Part shown: positions 25,216-38,251 of the stretch, in pieces
Position numbering within the stretch: the stretch's first letter is position 1
How the letters are laid out: every line of letters begins with the position of its first letter
NCBI RefSeq assembly: GCF_006345805.1
Contig: NC_043001.1
Span: forward strand, 118,172,001 to 118,236,000
Length of the DNA: 64,000 bases
DNA from: Octopus sinensis
Lineage: Eukaryota
Reading direction: 5' to 3'
Notes under the pieces: model-generated
The model's input: only the letters and a program-made list of their open reading frames with translations
What the model was told of the DNA's origin: nothing
Databases searched by the model: none
Translations under genes and position numbers: made by a program

Positions 25216-27283
25216 CTGAAATATAGTTTGTCATTTATCAAGACATGAATATGGGATAAAGAAATCACAGCAAACTTGTTCTCTTTTAAAATAACTCTAC
25301 AAATAACACCTTCATTGCGAAATATTTCCAAAATTAAAAGTGAACAAGAAATTGTATACCTTTTTTTTTTTTTTATATGGAATAGACAAACACATTTCTA
25401 AACATGCTAATCATTTGAAGACAATATAGGTCTGAATGCAAAATGTCAAGTTAATTTCATTGGACATTTAGATTTTTAGATATATGAGAAACTTGTATGT
25501 GAAGCTTATTTGTATGTGAGAATAATTTTTTCATAGAGATTTACAGAACCCCAAAAGTCATTTTGTATATCATAAACTACCTTTAATTTCTGGTCTGCCA
25601 TATTTAACCATCTATTCTTTCTTTATCTATGCATTGTACCAATCCAATATTAATTTAAATCAATTTTAAACTAAACCATTTTACTCAGCTCCTATAAAGG
25701 AAAGTCTTAAGTTCTTGGCCCCTCAAGTAGATGTTGAACTATAAGATAAATAGTGCCCCTCATCTTCTCACCATCCCTCACAAAGTAGTGAACACCTTTT
25801 AAGGCAAGAATGTATCCAATTATGATCTTACAATTCTTATTTATTCCCAAGAATATCTCTTCAAAAGTTGTTTTTTAAAGTCCATCAGAATGCATTATGA
25901 TTTGATAACATGAAAGTCAATGGGAAAATTCATTTTGGCTGCAAGATTTTGTATTACAAATTTTTTAGGAACACGTTACTTTTGTAATATGATTCATGCA
26001 CTTTGGTCAAGGACATAAAATGTCTACTGATCCAGGAATTGAACCCATGACACCGTGCTCATAACATCCTAACTGATATGTTAAAATATTTTATGTTCAA
26101 CTTTTCCCAAAACAAATGTAGGGCTTCCATCGGTCAAGGCCGACTCTGCATCTGACATGTATGCAAAGGCCAGGACAAGATTTTTCAGTTGCCTGTGCAT
26201 GTAAGTAATGTTTGTCCAAAGGAAAGGACGCTGACTGGAATCCATACATCTTGGCCTCATTGTCAGTGCATCTATTACCGTGTGAACAGGAATTGGAACA
26301 GATAACACAAAGCATCTTGCCAAACCCTTAAACGGTTCTGCCAGTCTGTAGCCTTAGTACCTTTTTATCAACAAAGTTGACCATGGCAGGTCATCTCAGA
26401 GCACAGAGATGACCCAACCAAGTTACAGTTTTATCTAAAACAGAGAAGACTACAGTTAAAAGAGAAAGAAACCAACATGCAATCAGTGAGCCAGGTAGGA
26501 AACCAGGGACAGTCACCAGGTATTTTATACGATTCAAGGAATACATTATTATTGATCCTCATTTTGCATTCTTAAATGAGTTTTACCTTTAAGCTTAAAA
26601 TGCTTTTGTTAATTGTGACAGTGATTCACTTCGGTTACAATATAATTTTATATTTAGTCTGATTATAGACGGACATCCTAATACATATGAAACAATGTCT
26701 GTATGTGTGTGCTATGTATTAGATCTAAGTTCAATCATTGTTTTAACAAGTTTCATCAATGTTTTAACATTGATTTTCCAGGCTTGCACAAGTCATATGA
26801 AATTTGTTGAAGCAAACTTTTATGACCAGATGTTTTTCCTGATATCAACTCTCACCTAATTCTTCCAAGTAAAATATTTTATCTAGTCCTTTGAATATGA
26901 GCAATAGAATTGCTCGCAGAAGATTGCCAATAAATGACAGTGCTTGTTTGACACTATGTTTGTTTATAAAAAGTGCACAATATAAAAACAAGGAGATATG
27001 AACACACACTCATGCATACACAACCACATCTATTACCAAATCCATCTTTGGCTAACCTGGGACTATAGTAAATGCTTGACAAGGCTTTGAGTTCAGTGGG
27101 ACTGAACTCAAAATCCCATGGTTGTGAACTTACCTCCTTAACCATGCAGTCATCCCTGTGCCTATATAATAACCTACATAATGCAAGGAGATCTTACTGC
27201 TAGTGTTATAGAAAATGTACTTTTGGTAGTTTGAACAAAACTTGCTTAATTTTAAATGAAAAAAGAAAAAAAGAAAGAATTAC

Positions 27284-27409
27284 CATTCCAAGAATGTGCC
27301 AAGATTCTTCATAATGACTGTTGCATTTTTCAAGGCTTATTTTACCATTTACACATGAAGGACGATGATTTCTACCAGCAATTTCACTAAAAGCAAGTCT
27401 TTCTTCCTC
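27284..27409 (-). CDS. EEF2K: eEF2 kinase exon 7/11
   Basis: tctgcag|EEERLAFSEIAGRNHRPSCVNGKISLEKCNSHYEESWHILGM|gtaat. Phase 0 at both ends. RPS and ILG align with the vertebrate S500 region and the SILGKVH segment. Confidence 0.85.
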
Positions 27410-27734
27410 CTGCAGAAAAAAGAATAAGAAATAAAAGCATGCTGTTTGAAATCTGGACATAAATGTACCATCAACAACATCACTGAGTATAAAGAGAGTT
27501 CATTCAAATCACAATATATCTGCAATTCTGCTTCTTGATATTTTGGCTGCGAAATGATTAAGAATTTATATAGAGCATCTAAACTATGAGAGATTGGTAA
27601 AGTCCATACTAATTAACTAAAACTTCTTAGCAGAGAGTACAAATATATATTGTTAGAGCAAAGTAGAATGACTTTCATTAGATATTGGTTCATTCAGGGT
27701 TAACCTGGAGTTACAGCAATGGTTAATTAGTAAG

Positions 27735-28352
27735 CATGATCTTCGAACTTTGAGCCTCACAAAGGCAAGGACTGGGGACCAAAACCTTTGGCAATGTGCT
27801 GTGCTTGAGAGGACCCATCAAGCCAAGTGCACTCATGCTAGTGGTGACACATAAAGAACATCTTTTGAACATTAGGCCTCACAGAAACAAAGTGGCTAAG
27901 TTCCTCTCGAGCGTTGGACCTGACAGAGTCAAAGTGGCTGAGTTCCTTTCGAGTGCTGGGCTTCACAAAGGCAAAGTGGCCGAGTTCCTTTTGAGCATTG
28001 GGCCTCACAGAAGCAAAGTGGCTGAGTTCCTTCCATGTGTTGGGCCTCATGGAGGCAATGACCAAAACTTTTAGCATTTTATCATGCTTGAGAAGAAGAC
28101 TCATCAAGCCAAGCAAAATCACTGTTGTGGCAGATACAGGTGTCATGCAAATTGGCACTGATGCCAGTGGTATGTAAACACACCCGGTGTCATGCAAATA
28201 GCATGTAAAAGCACCCATTAAACTCTCAGAATGGTTAGTGTTAGGAAGGGTATCCAGCCGTAGGAAACCATGCCAAATCAGACTGGAGTCTGGTGTAGCC
28301 TTCCAGCATGCTAGCCCAGCCGAACCATCCAACCCATGCCAGCATGGACAAT
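27735..28352 (+). mobile_element. RTE LINE 3' fragment carrying an internal 42-bp minisatellite
   Basis: gatcttcgaactttgagcctcaca...gctgtgcttgaga matches the RTE ORF end. The 3' tail ends aatgatgatgat at about 28350-28372. Confidence 0.75.
27872..28060 (+). repeat. 42-bp tandem repeat, four units plus a partial
   Basis: Unit approximately ttgggcctcacagaagcaaagtggctgagttcctttcgagtg. It appears as 14-aa repeats in ORF 27796..28074. Confidence 0.9.
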
Positions 28353-29357
28353 GGAAGTTAAATGATGATGATTTGCTTATTTTCTTATCACCCTCAGAAA
28401 ATATGAAATAAATGTTCCACAGAATTCTCCTGGAAGTAATGGATATGTCACAATTGTCATACCAAACAATATTGAGAAAAAATATATATATAAAACAAAT
28501 CCTAGCATGTCCATCAGAGAATATGATATTTCAGAGATTAACATTATTGTTAAAGTGAAATGTATATTTTCACTAGACAGATTTGTCACAGATAATTTTT
28601 CCATGCTCTCTAGACTGAGTGGTGGCATATTTAAGGCAAGATTTTATGACCAGGTGCACTTCTGTTGCCTTTTCAAGTAAAGGAATTTTTATTCTACCAG
28701 TTTCTGACAAAGCAATCAGTCAATGTCAATAGAAAATGTAAAAATAATGCATTTTCATTCAAGCAAAGCCAAGGAATATCAACATTCACGCACATTCACA
28801 TACAGTTTCCTACAGTTTCTGCCAACCAGTTTCATTCACAAGGTAATGGTTGGCCCAGGGTCATAGTAGAAGACAATTGCCCAAGGCACCTATGCAATGG
28901 GACAGAACCTGAAACCACATGATTGAGAGGCAAATTTCTCAACCATACAGCTATATTAAAAGAGATATGCTGAAGGCGCCATGCAGTAGAACTGAACCCT
29001 CCTTTTTGTTTTATACAGCCCCACATATGGCTGGAAACATAAAATATAACTTAAAAAGGTAAAGAGCAGAATACAGGGATGTGATAATAATAATGTATGT
29101 GTGTGTATATGTTTGTGTGTGTGTTTGTCCCCCAACATTGATTGACAACCGATGGTGGTATGTTTACATCCCTGTAACTTAGCAGTTCGGCAAAAGAGAC
29201 TGATAGAATAAGTACTAGGCTTACAAAAAATAAGTTCTGGGGTCAATTTGCTCGACTAAAGGCAGTGTTATTTCTTTTTATAAATCATTCATTTCAATAA
29301 CATTCAATTTTATATTCTTTTTTTTTTTTTTTGACATTTTACAAAACAAATACATAC

Positions 29358-29681
29358 CTCTGTCATAGAATTTTCAGATTCACTAAAATAACGCATCCGT
29401 GAAACTCTGAAACATGGAATTGGACTACCAAAAGACATTGGCTCATCATCGTTACTTAAGCTGCTGTTCAAAGGAGAATGTCTTTCATTGCTGGACATAG
29501 GAGAATGTCTTTCATTGCTGGACAAAGGAGAATGTCTTCCATTGCTGAAGAAAGGAGAATGCCCTCCATTACTGCTCAAAGGAGAATGCATGCCCGAACT
29601 GAAGAAATCATGGATTTCAGCAGGTGAGCCACAGATTACTGACTCTTCAGTACCACGAACAACAGTCATGGGAGACTCAGT
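29358..29681 (-). CDS. EEF2K: eEF2 kinase exon 6/11 (regulatory linker with 9-aa repeats)
   Basis: ttctag|TESPMTVVRGTEESVICGSP...RMRYFSESENSMTE|gtatgt. TVVRGTEE..CGSP matches human T348ILRGTEEKCGS359P. Confidence 0.9.
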
Positions 29682-30298
29682 CTAGAAATAATAAAATATA
29701 AGGAAAACAAAAAACAGAAATCAGTGCTCAATACATAATATATACTAAAATAATGAATACATATGATTGTGTATGTGAGTGTATGTGAGTGGAGACAGCT
29801 GATGATGCTTAGAAAAGCAAATGACAATGATAAACTATAACAATTTCCAGCAATTTCTAACATTATCATCATTTTATGTCTATTTCCCCAAATTGTCATG
29901 ATGTGGATGCGTCTTACAGTAACTCATCATTCAACTGCAATACCCTGATACACAGAAAAAAAGAAGAAAAAAATATTGTTTTTACTATTGTTTGTTTTTT
30001 ATGTTATGGTTTTTATAGCTGGGTGTCCTTCCTATCCCTAATATTCTACAGCATGGACTGGGTGCATTTCATCATGCCAGAAGCACAACCTCACACACAC
30101 ATTGATGCCACTAACCATAATGTAATAATGATTCTTCAAATTGGTACAAAGACCTAAATTTCTAGATAAAGGGTGAGCTGAATTGAGTCCAGTGTATAAC
30201 TGGTATGTGATTGAACACAAAAGGGCAAAACTGATGGTTAGATTTTGAACTCAAAATGTAAAAGGTTGGAAATAGATATTGAATGGGTTTTATCCAGT

Positions 30299-31347
30299 AC
30301 TAGTCTAAGTACCCAGCGTTGCTCAGAAGTTTAGAGAATGTTAAAGAAATTTATTTATTCTGATAAAAATATATTTTCAGAAAAATTCTATCAGATGATG
30401 TGAGTATAAACAAAGTTATTAAAACAAATCCTGAAATCAATCACAGTTTAATTTTGTAGAACTTCTAAATATACAATGTTTTCAGTGTGTCCTTTAATTA
30501 AAATCCTGGTTCAGCTTGATCAACTTAGTCAAGTTTAACGTTTTCAGTAACAACATATTCTCTCTTCTAATTAGATATTGAAGAAGAGAGAAAATGCCAC
30601 CCTTTCTGTTGTAAGACAAATTAATTTTGACAGTAAGGACTAAACCACTTGTTTCACTATCACAATTAAAAAGCATTTAACTTTAAAAAAAGAGGTGGGG
30701 GTTGTAGACATATGATGGAGAATTATTCAATATCGTGTTTGCTTCTATCAGAATTATTTACCTTTAAAACGTAAAAACAAAACCAGTGTATACAACAGGT
30801 ATGTAAAACATCTGTTTACTTTCTCTGTTCATTCACATAAGCTGTAGAAATTATTGCATGCATGCACACCAACAGAAATTTTCCAGACATTTAGCTGTTA
30901 TGTTTAGAAGTTCATTTTGAGTTTTAGACAACAGGAAGGAGTGGTAAGGGGTGTATGGATCAATTTTGGAGTTCTTCGTAGAAAATTTGAAATTAAAAAT
31001 TGTTTTTTCTATATTCTTAATCTCCGTATTTTTCCATGTAGATTGAACAAAAAATTTGAAAAAAGTTAAAAATCTAAAATTTGTGGGGAAGCTGGGAATT
31101 TAAAATTTTGGAAACCTTGTTTTTGCATATTCAGAATCTGTCATCGAAAACATGGGAATCTGCTGAAAAAAAAATTGGGTCTTGGTCAGGGACTACAGCC
31201 CCCTATATGGGCAAAAGCCAAAATTTGATGCCCCTAGAACCTTCCCCGAGTAGTGAAAAACCTTCATGGCAAACTTGGTACAGATTGATCCAGCAGTTTG
31301 GCCGTGCATAGGGACACACACACACAGTGAATTCTATATATTAAGAT
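30299..31347 (+). mobile_element. Non-autonomous Helitron/Helentron-like element (Lep1/HINE-style ends)
   Basis: The 5' end is actagtctaagtacccagcgttgctc. The 3' end is ...gatccagcagtttggccgtgcatagggacacacacaca...tctatatattaagat. Both resemble the ACTAG..ACCCGGCGTTGC start and the (ACA)n..TATATATAGAT end of these elements. No coding region. Confidence 0.5.
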
Positions 31348-31526
31348 AATAATACAGTTTCTGTTATTTTCTACTATTATAGTCATTTGTGTGTGGGAGG
31401 AAGGTGAATAATTGCTTGCACAAGTCCTAAATTTGTAGGGAGGGTTATAATTAGTTGAACTGAGAGATAATTCCAGCAAGGTTAAAATTTGGGACCCTAA
31501 GGGATAAAATTCAATACTACAAGGTA

Positions 31527-31690
31527 GCATCATCATCATCATTGTTCGACCGTGGTCAAGACAATGGAATTTACCATGTTGCGCCAGACTTCACGGTCCA
31601 TCATAGCATTACGGAGGTCCTGTTGCTGGATGCCTGTATCCCTGGAGATTACATCAGGGTAGGAGAGTGTGCGCCCTCTGGTGTTGCACT
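31527..31690 (-). mobile_element. 5'-truncated RTE LINE (third lineage)
   Basis: Minus strand reads RGRTLSYPDVISRDTGIQQQDLRNAMMDREVWRNMVNSIV, followed by a (GAT)n tail. Confidence 0.7.
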
Positions 31691-33114
31691 TAGGTAGCAC
31701 TTAGTCTGGTGCTTCACCATTTGTGTCACTCCAGTGATAATGGTTTCTAAGTTTGGCACAAAGTCATATATTTTGGAGTGGAAAGGAGTGAAGTCAACTG
31801 AAATGATTCCAAATTTCAAATGAAGGACAAAAGGTAAAGTTAATCTTAATAGAATTTGAACTCAGGAATGTATAATGGCAAAACTAAATACTGTACAAGT
31901 TTAGGCCATTGGTTCTTGGGTAGTAGCACCTCCTTAAAGGCATTGTGAGCCCATAATGGAGCACTAAATGTTTAGAGCGGGCATGAAATCTTTTTATAAA
32001 TAGAATATTTAAACCAGGTATAATACATATATTTTAAAAACACATTTTCAAGAAAACCTTTGTCAGAATTAAAATATAAAAAGTATAGATTATCAGAGAG
32101 AAGAAACATGACTGGTGATCACTATAATTTCATTATCTAAAAGTCATTCTGCCAAGGTTTGACTTTGCCTTTCATCCTTTCAGGATTGATAAAATAAGTA
32201 CCTGTTGAGCATGGGGGGGGGGGTAGTCGATGTAATCAACTTCTCCCTCCCCCCTCAAAATTGCTGGCCTTATGCCAAAATTAGAAAAAAAATATCTAAG
32301 TTCTTGTCTTCTTTAGTAATTTCAATAAAACTTTAACACAGTGATTACTAATACGTGCAAATATCAAAAAAGCTTGATCAAAATGATCTTTTTTTTTTGT
32401 AAAACATCATTCCACGATAGGGGGTCTTGAATTATATACAGTCAAGGACTAATGTTTCAGCTTATTCTCTTCACTTTACAGTTCCAATACAGCAATGCAT
32501 ACTCCCTATTTTGTATATCAGAACCAAAATTAGATACGTAGTACAGGGTTACATTGTGTTACTTGATAGGCCAGAACCTGATGAATTTGTATTCAGCTTT
32601 TACAATGATTTGTGTCTGTCTCTTATTTTTATTTATGAAAAGGATGGGAAACTTTGAAGACATAACTGCCAATTCAACACCATATTGCAACAGAGTGGAT
32701 GCTATTAAAGACCCACAAGATTCAGGTGGTAGAGTTAAACGTGACAACAGATTACGTCAACCATCTAAGAATAGAAAGAATCTATCCAACAAGCTTCAAC
32801 AGTTTTTATCTTCCTTATTTCACTCACAAAGGTTTGATCAATTCAAGGCCAAGAAAGAAGACATTTACTAAGAGTGGTAAGCAATAAAATCAAACCTGGA
32901 ACCCTGTGATTGCAGAGCAATCTTCTTAACCATGTACTTGTGTCCATTTATTGGGCTCATCATGTATTTAGTTTAAACATTATTTTGAACACATTCTAAT
33001 TTATTTCTTACATATTCAGTTTATTTTACATTTTATTCATAAGTAATCACCAGTTCTGAAGAACACAATCAACAATTCTGAAGAATAAAATAAATAGAAA
33101 AGAACTGTACACAC

Positions 33115-33375
33115 CATAATATGGACAGGCAGATCTTGAATTCTTTTCTCCTCAGATGACAAATCAAATGGTGAAAGTTTCAGAGATTTGCAGATAGAAT
33201 TGCAGCAGTGGGAATGGAAAAACAGTGCCATTCCTTTTGTACCCAAATTGCCATCACCATATTCACTGCCATCAGCTGTATGTATTTGAGGATCAGTATA
33301 AAGGTCTCCAACACCCTGAATATCAACCACAATCATTTCATGGCCAGAACGCTCAAATGTAAAATGACTGAAAGC
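33115..33375 (-). CDS. EEF2K: eEF2 kinase exon 5/11 (alpha-kinase C-lobe, Zn ligands)
   Basis: tccag|[33 protein letters not shown]...[23 protein letters not shown]...HIM|gtgtgt. The donor is weak but keeps phase 0. Confidence 0.93.
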
Positions 33376-36300
33376 CTGGAGAAAAAGAAAAATAAGTGTT
33401 AATTTCTATGAACTAAATGCAAAGCCAATTTATTAGAGATAAAATAAGCAGTTGAGCAAATCAATCCCAGCATTATATAGATTTGTGTCATATCAAAAAC
33501 AGAATTTAAATTCATTATGTACTGAGACTAAATACTTTAAGGCTTTTAATCTTGTATGTTACTGTTTCAGTCAAATAGCAGGCCAAATATTTACTGCTTA
33601 CATTTACATCAGGCTAGAAATTTACCAAATTTAGCTAATAAATCAATCCTAGAGTGCATGATTGGAACTTATTTTGTGAAGCCCAAAGAAGATTCAAGTA
33701 AGATCTGAACTTAGGACATACAAGGAGGTTGCTCAAAGCACTAATGTTATTAGTCAGCACTTGACCGTTTTTTGCCACTCCACCTCTTTCCTAATATTGC
33801 CATTAAATAAGAAATGTGTGTTTGTTACACAAACATTCAAAATGTTCTACAGAAAACGAAAGTTAGATAAAGCAATTAAAATACAAAAAATAAAATAAAA
33901 ACAAAACTGTAGTTTGTATGCAACTTGGTAGCAAATACCATGTTATTGCTGTTTTAGCTACCACAGACACCCGTTCAGCCCTCCCATCTTTGACCCAGTG
34001 GAACATTGAAGGATGTAACAACTGGAGGGACAAAGTACTGCAGCAGCACTTGGCTGGAACTTGCTTTTAGCTGAGTAGGGTGGAGCAACATGAAATAAAA
34101 TGCCTTGCTCTAGGACACAATGCACCATCGAGACCAGGAAGTGAACCCACAAACTTATGATTGAGTCCAACATCCGAACCACAAGTTGGAGTGTTGGACT
34201 CCCAGTGTCAGATACAAACTGAAATTAAATGATTTTAAACTGAGTAAAAAAAAATTCCTTTGCATGACACCCTTGAATTTGTACTGTTAAAAGGCTTAAT
34301 CTTTTGCTTTGACATTCTCAGGCAATTCAGAGAAACTCTGTTAGTTAATGATAAAATATATATTATACAAAACAGGAAAGTACACAAGTAATCCAAAAAG
34401 GGAAGGTAAACCGTAAGTTAAAAATATCTTTAGGGATGGGCATATCTAATAGTCAACTTCCATACAAACTATAAAAATCTATTTTTAAAAAGAAAAAATT
34501 TTGTTTGACTATTCCCAACTTTTCGGCATCTATTTATTGACAAACCTGTCAAACAAAAATAGTAACATCTTATGTCTAACAGAAAACATGCTCATGGAAA
34601 GATCTACTTAACAAGTAGCTTTCTTCATGTTAATATTTCCAGTAAGGGAAAAAGGTGGTGAGCTTGTAGAATCATTAGCAAGCCAGGCAAAATGCTTAGT
34701 GGCATTTTGTAATCTTTACATTCTGGGTTCAAATGCTGCCAAGGTCAACTTTGCCTTTCATCTTTTCAGGGTCAATAAAATAAGCACCAGTTGATCACTG
34801 GGATCAATGTAAGCAACTTAGCCCATCTCCCCCGGAAATTGCTGGCCTTGTGCCAAAATCTGAAACTGATATATCTCCTAAGGAAGTGACGGTGGGAGTG
34901 GATATGACAGAAACAGTAAAAGGATATACAAAATGTCATGCATTATTTAGTCGCATATCTTCATGTTCTAGGTTCAGGTGCTACTGAAATTAACTTTGCC
35001 TTTCAGCTTGTTGATAAAATAAATATCAGTTGAGAACTGAAGTCCATCTAATCAACTATAGTCATTCTGCCTTGTACAAAATCAACATTAACGATAATAA
35101 GATGGTGGATAGCTTAGTTACATGCTTTTATGTTCTGAGTTCAAATCACATAAGTCAAAAAATAGATAAGAGTTACATGCTGAGAGTTGATTCTACAAAC
35201 TTCAACTACTGGTAGACAGCACAAATGAACCATGGTTATTTAAGCCTGTAGATGTGCTGATAACCAAGTAATATTAAGAAAAGAAATTCAGTTTGGTAGA
35301 GAGTATTAAGTGAAGTCAAAACTGATACCTAAACAATATTCAAGGACACAAAGTTGAAATATTTTGTTAGCAAGTTTAAGTACTTTAAATTTTTTCTGTT
35401 GAGAATTCTGTTGGAATTGTCACACAAACCTAAACACACATATGCAACTACCAGTTATCTCTCTTCCTTGCCTCATTCTTTATCAAAGTAACTTTGCTAA
35501 ATCAATTTAAATTGCTTCATACAAACTGGCCTACCTCCGTTTTGTGTCACCGTTGTTCTTGTTACAATTTAAAATATATACATATTTAGTTTTGCTATTC
35601 TATTTATGAAGGCAGTGCTTTGGAATGGCAACAGTTCAAGAACTCAAACCAGTGAAAGAATATATACTCTCTAAACTGTCTCAAACAAGACACAATGGAA
35701 TTTCAGGAATTAAACATACCTTATTAAATAAGAGACCCTTCAGAATGCATACAGTAAAAAGAAGAAGTTATTTACTTGATTAACAAACCTCATCTCACTG
35801 CAGGTTTTCAGACACTGTCTTCTAGTGTTTTCACTGTCAGTTTTACAAATATTATAACATTTTACTCTTCAACATTGCCTGTTACATTCAAATTACTTGA
35901 GTTTTACACTATCCCTGCTCTTCTGCCATATTTTCAAAATGTGTATTCCCAATCCATCAAAGGATCTCTTTCCTACCTTCAATCTTTCAATCAAACACTG
36001 CCCTTTTATCACTTTGAAGTCAAAACAACTACACTGATTGTACTATCTGGGAGCTACAACTGACTAAATTGATAGACTGTTAGGCTGTGATGAAAGAACA
36101 ATATTTATTGTCTTGGATGCACAAGTCCTGGTGGAGCTGTAGGGATGCTATCTTGACATATGGCATATATTGGTCCCTTTAAACTGAGTAAATTCCATAG
36201 CTCTCTAGGTCTTACTACAGCTTACTTCTTCCAGAAAGACTGATCGAATATAGAAACGGGCGGTAGTTTACTGACCTCAAAAGATTAAAGGCAAAGATAA

Positions 36301-36794
36301 TCTTGGCAGTATTTGAACTCAGAGTGTAAAAAACTAGAACAAATATCACAAAGCATCTGTCCAATACTCTGATGATTGCCAATTCACCACCTAAAATAGC
36401 TCATATTTTATTCCTTGAATGATGCAGAGTTTCAGGTATTGTAGCACTTAGCAGTGAAATATTTTATAATTAACAAGTGTTTCATTAGTTGGAAATGAAC
36501 AACTATTTTGGTAGGTGGCAGCACTGAGTTCCTGTACCGTCTGAAGAAGGCAATTCAAAACCATTCCGTGTATGCTCCCTGAAATTCCTGTAGATGCTTC
36601 ATAAACAGAGTTACTAAGAACAATCTTTGACTTACTGGAGATCTTTAATCATACATGCTTTGAAGACCCACAATAGTGATGATAATTAGCTTTATTTTCA
36701 CATACAATAAAAAACAAATTTGAAATATTAATCATGACAGCTGCAACAATTCCAATATTCTAGAGATAAGAAATCTACAGAATAGAATTCTCAC

Positions 36795-36941
36795 CTGTGG
36801 GGTGGAACGTAAGTCTTCAACAACATATCCCGAATTTGAATTATATTTGATGTAATCACCTTCGATGAAATGCTCAAGATGATAGAGAGGGTTTCCCTCA
36901 CGTTCATGAAACTCAAGAATATACATCTGGAAGATGTCTAC
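36795..36941 (-). CDS. EEF2K: eEF2 kinase exon 4/11
   Basis: ttgtag|VDIFQMYILEFHEREGNPLYHLEHFIEGDYIKYNSNSGYVVEDLRSTPQ|gtgag. Confidence 0.95.
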
Positions 36942-37180
36942 CTACAAAATAATAAAGTTATGAAAAGAAATTTCAATTTGAAAAATTTTCTACATAAGCT
37001 GGTTGATCATTTCAGGTGTCATTATTGATACCTAAAAGAGAATTATGCTGAAGTTCAAACTAACAAAAATTAAATATAGATATTACACTTACTCATACAA
37101 CTCTCAATTATACTAATAGCAAGTTTTATTACAATAATTATGAGATATGCTGACTACAGATTTTAATATCTTTTTTTTAA

Positions 37181-37736
37181 TACCATAAAAACCCATGTAA
37201 TTTGCGCACCTGTGTAGTTTATGCAGGTGATTTTCAAGATAAAATTTGCTAAGAAAAAGCTTCTACTCATGTAAAATTCACAACCAAAAGTTTTCAGAAT
37301 TGCTGATATAGCCAGGGGTAAAAGGTTTTCACTTACTTATGATTAGATTTTATTAAAATTTCATTAAATAAACACTTTGTAATTTAATAGCTTTCAATGT
37401 GATACTTGTTAAACAGAAATTATTTTTGTGTTGTTTATAATAAACTTTACTTTACATTTCTTGCCCACAAGAGATTATGTCTGATCTTTAGCATACTGCT
37501 GTATGTGTTTTCAAATCACAATCACAGGAAAAGTTGTGGACAAGAATTACCAATAAAAATAAAGCTGATAAATACACACAGGTGTTGTAAATCAAGTTTA
37601 ATTACCAATAAACATCAGCTTGTTTGACACTTTACTCAACCGACAGAGGAAAGTGACTAATCAAAATAATTATACAATCAGAATTCTTTTTATTTTTGTG
37701 AAAAAAAATGCATAAATTACATGGTTTTTTACAGTA
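37181..37736. mobile_element. MITE of Tc1/mariner-pogo type
   Basis: Left end taccataaaaacccatgtaatttgcgca versus the reverse complement of the right end tactgtaaaaaaccatgtaatttatgca: 23/28 identical, TA at both ends. Confidence 0.7.
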
Positions 37737-38251
37737 ATAAAAATGTAGGATTCAGTAAATCCTCATCATTGTTTTCATGTTCACTTTTCCAAATTGGCAG
37801 GGGTCACTCATTGAGGCAGTTTTCCTACAGCTGGATGCTCTTGTAGTCACCAGTCCTCACTGGTTTCCATGAAAGGGATTACTCATCCTTTAAACAATGA
37901 ACAGCCATGTAGTGGTCAAGCAAACTTCTTAACCAGTTGACTATTATTAATTAAATGTTTGGAACAACCAAATTTTCTGATATAAAAATTTTAAGATTTA
38001 CAGTTTTGTATCATAGAACCAGGAGTGACCATAACTAGTTGGGTCTCAAAAATAGTTAAGGTACATTGTTATATTGCTTTAAATTTAGTCATGATTTGGC
38101 CCAATTCTGGACAAAACTTCTCTAAATAACTATAGGTCTTAAACTTTTGATAGTTGGCCCAAAATTTCATCTTTTTAAATCTTCAGTCAGCTTGCCCCAA
38201 AATTTACAGTACAAAGTTAAATAAGTTAAATCAAGGGAGAGTTTTTCTTAC

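Noticed and set aside
27796-28074. ORF with 14-aa repeats as a novel repeat protein
   Set aside because: It lies wholly in an RTE remnant, and the open frame follows from the 42-bp period.
28377-28628. Minus-strand ORF as an extra EEF2K linker exon
   Set aside because: The only good acceptor leads to a stop in phase 0, and the flanking exons join in frame without it.
29465-29592. CRISPR-like or other prokaryotic array
   Set aside because: The repeats are contiguous, have no spacers, and lie in-frame within a spliced eukaryotic exon.
32554-32887. Overlapping plus-strand ORFs that might be a transposon fragment
   Set aside because: I could not match any motif to a family with confidence. A profile search would be needed.
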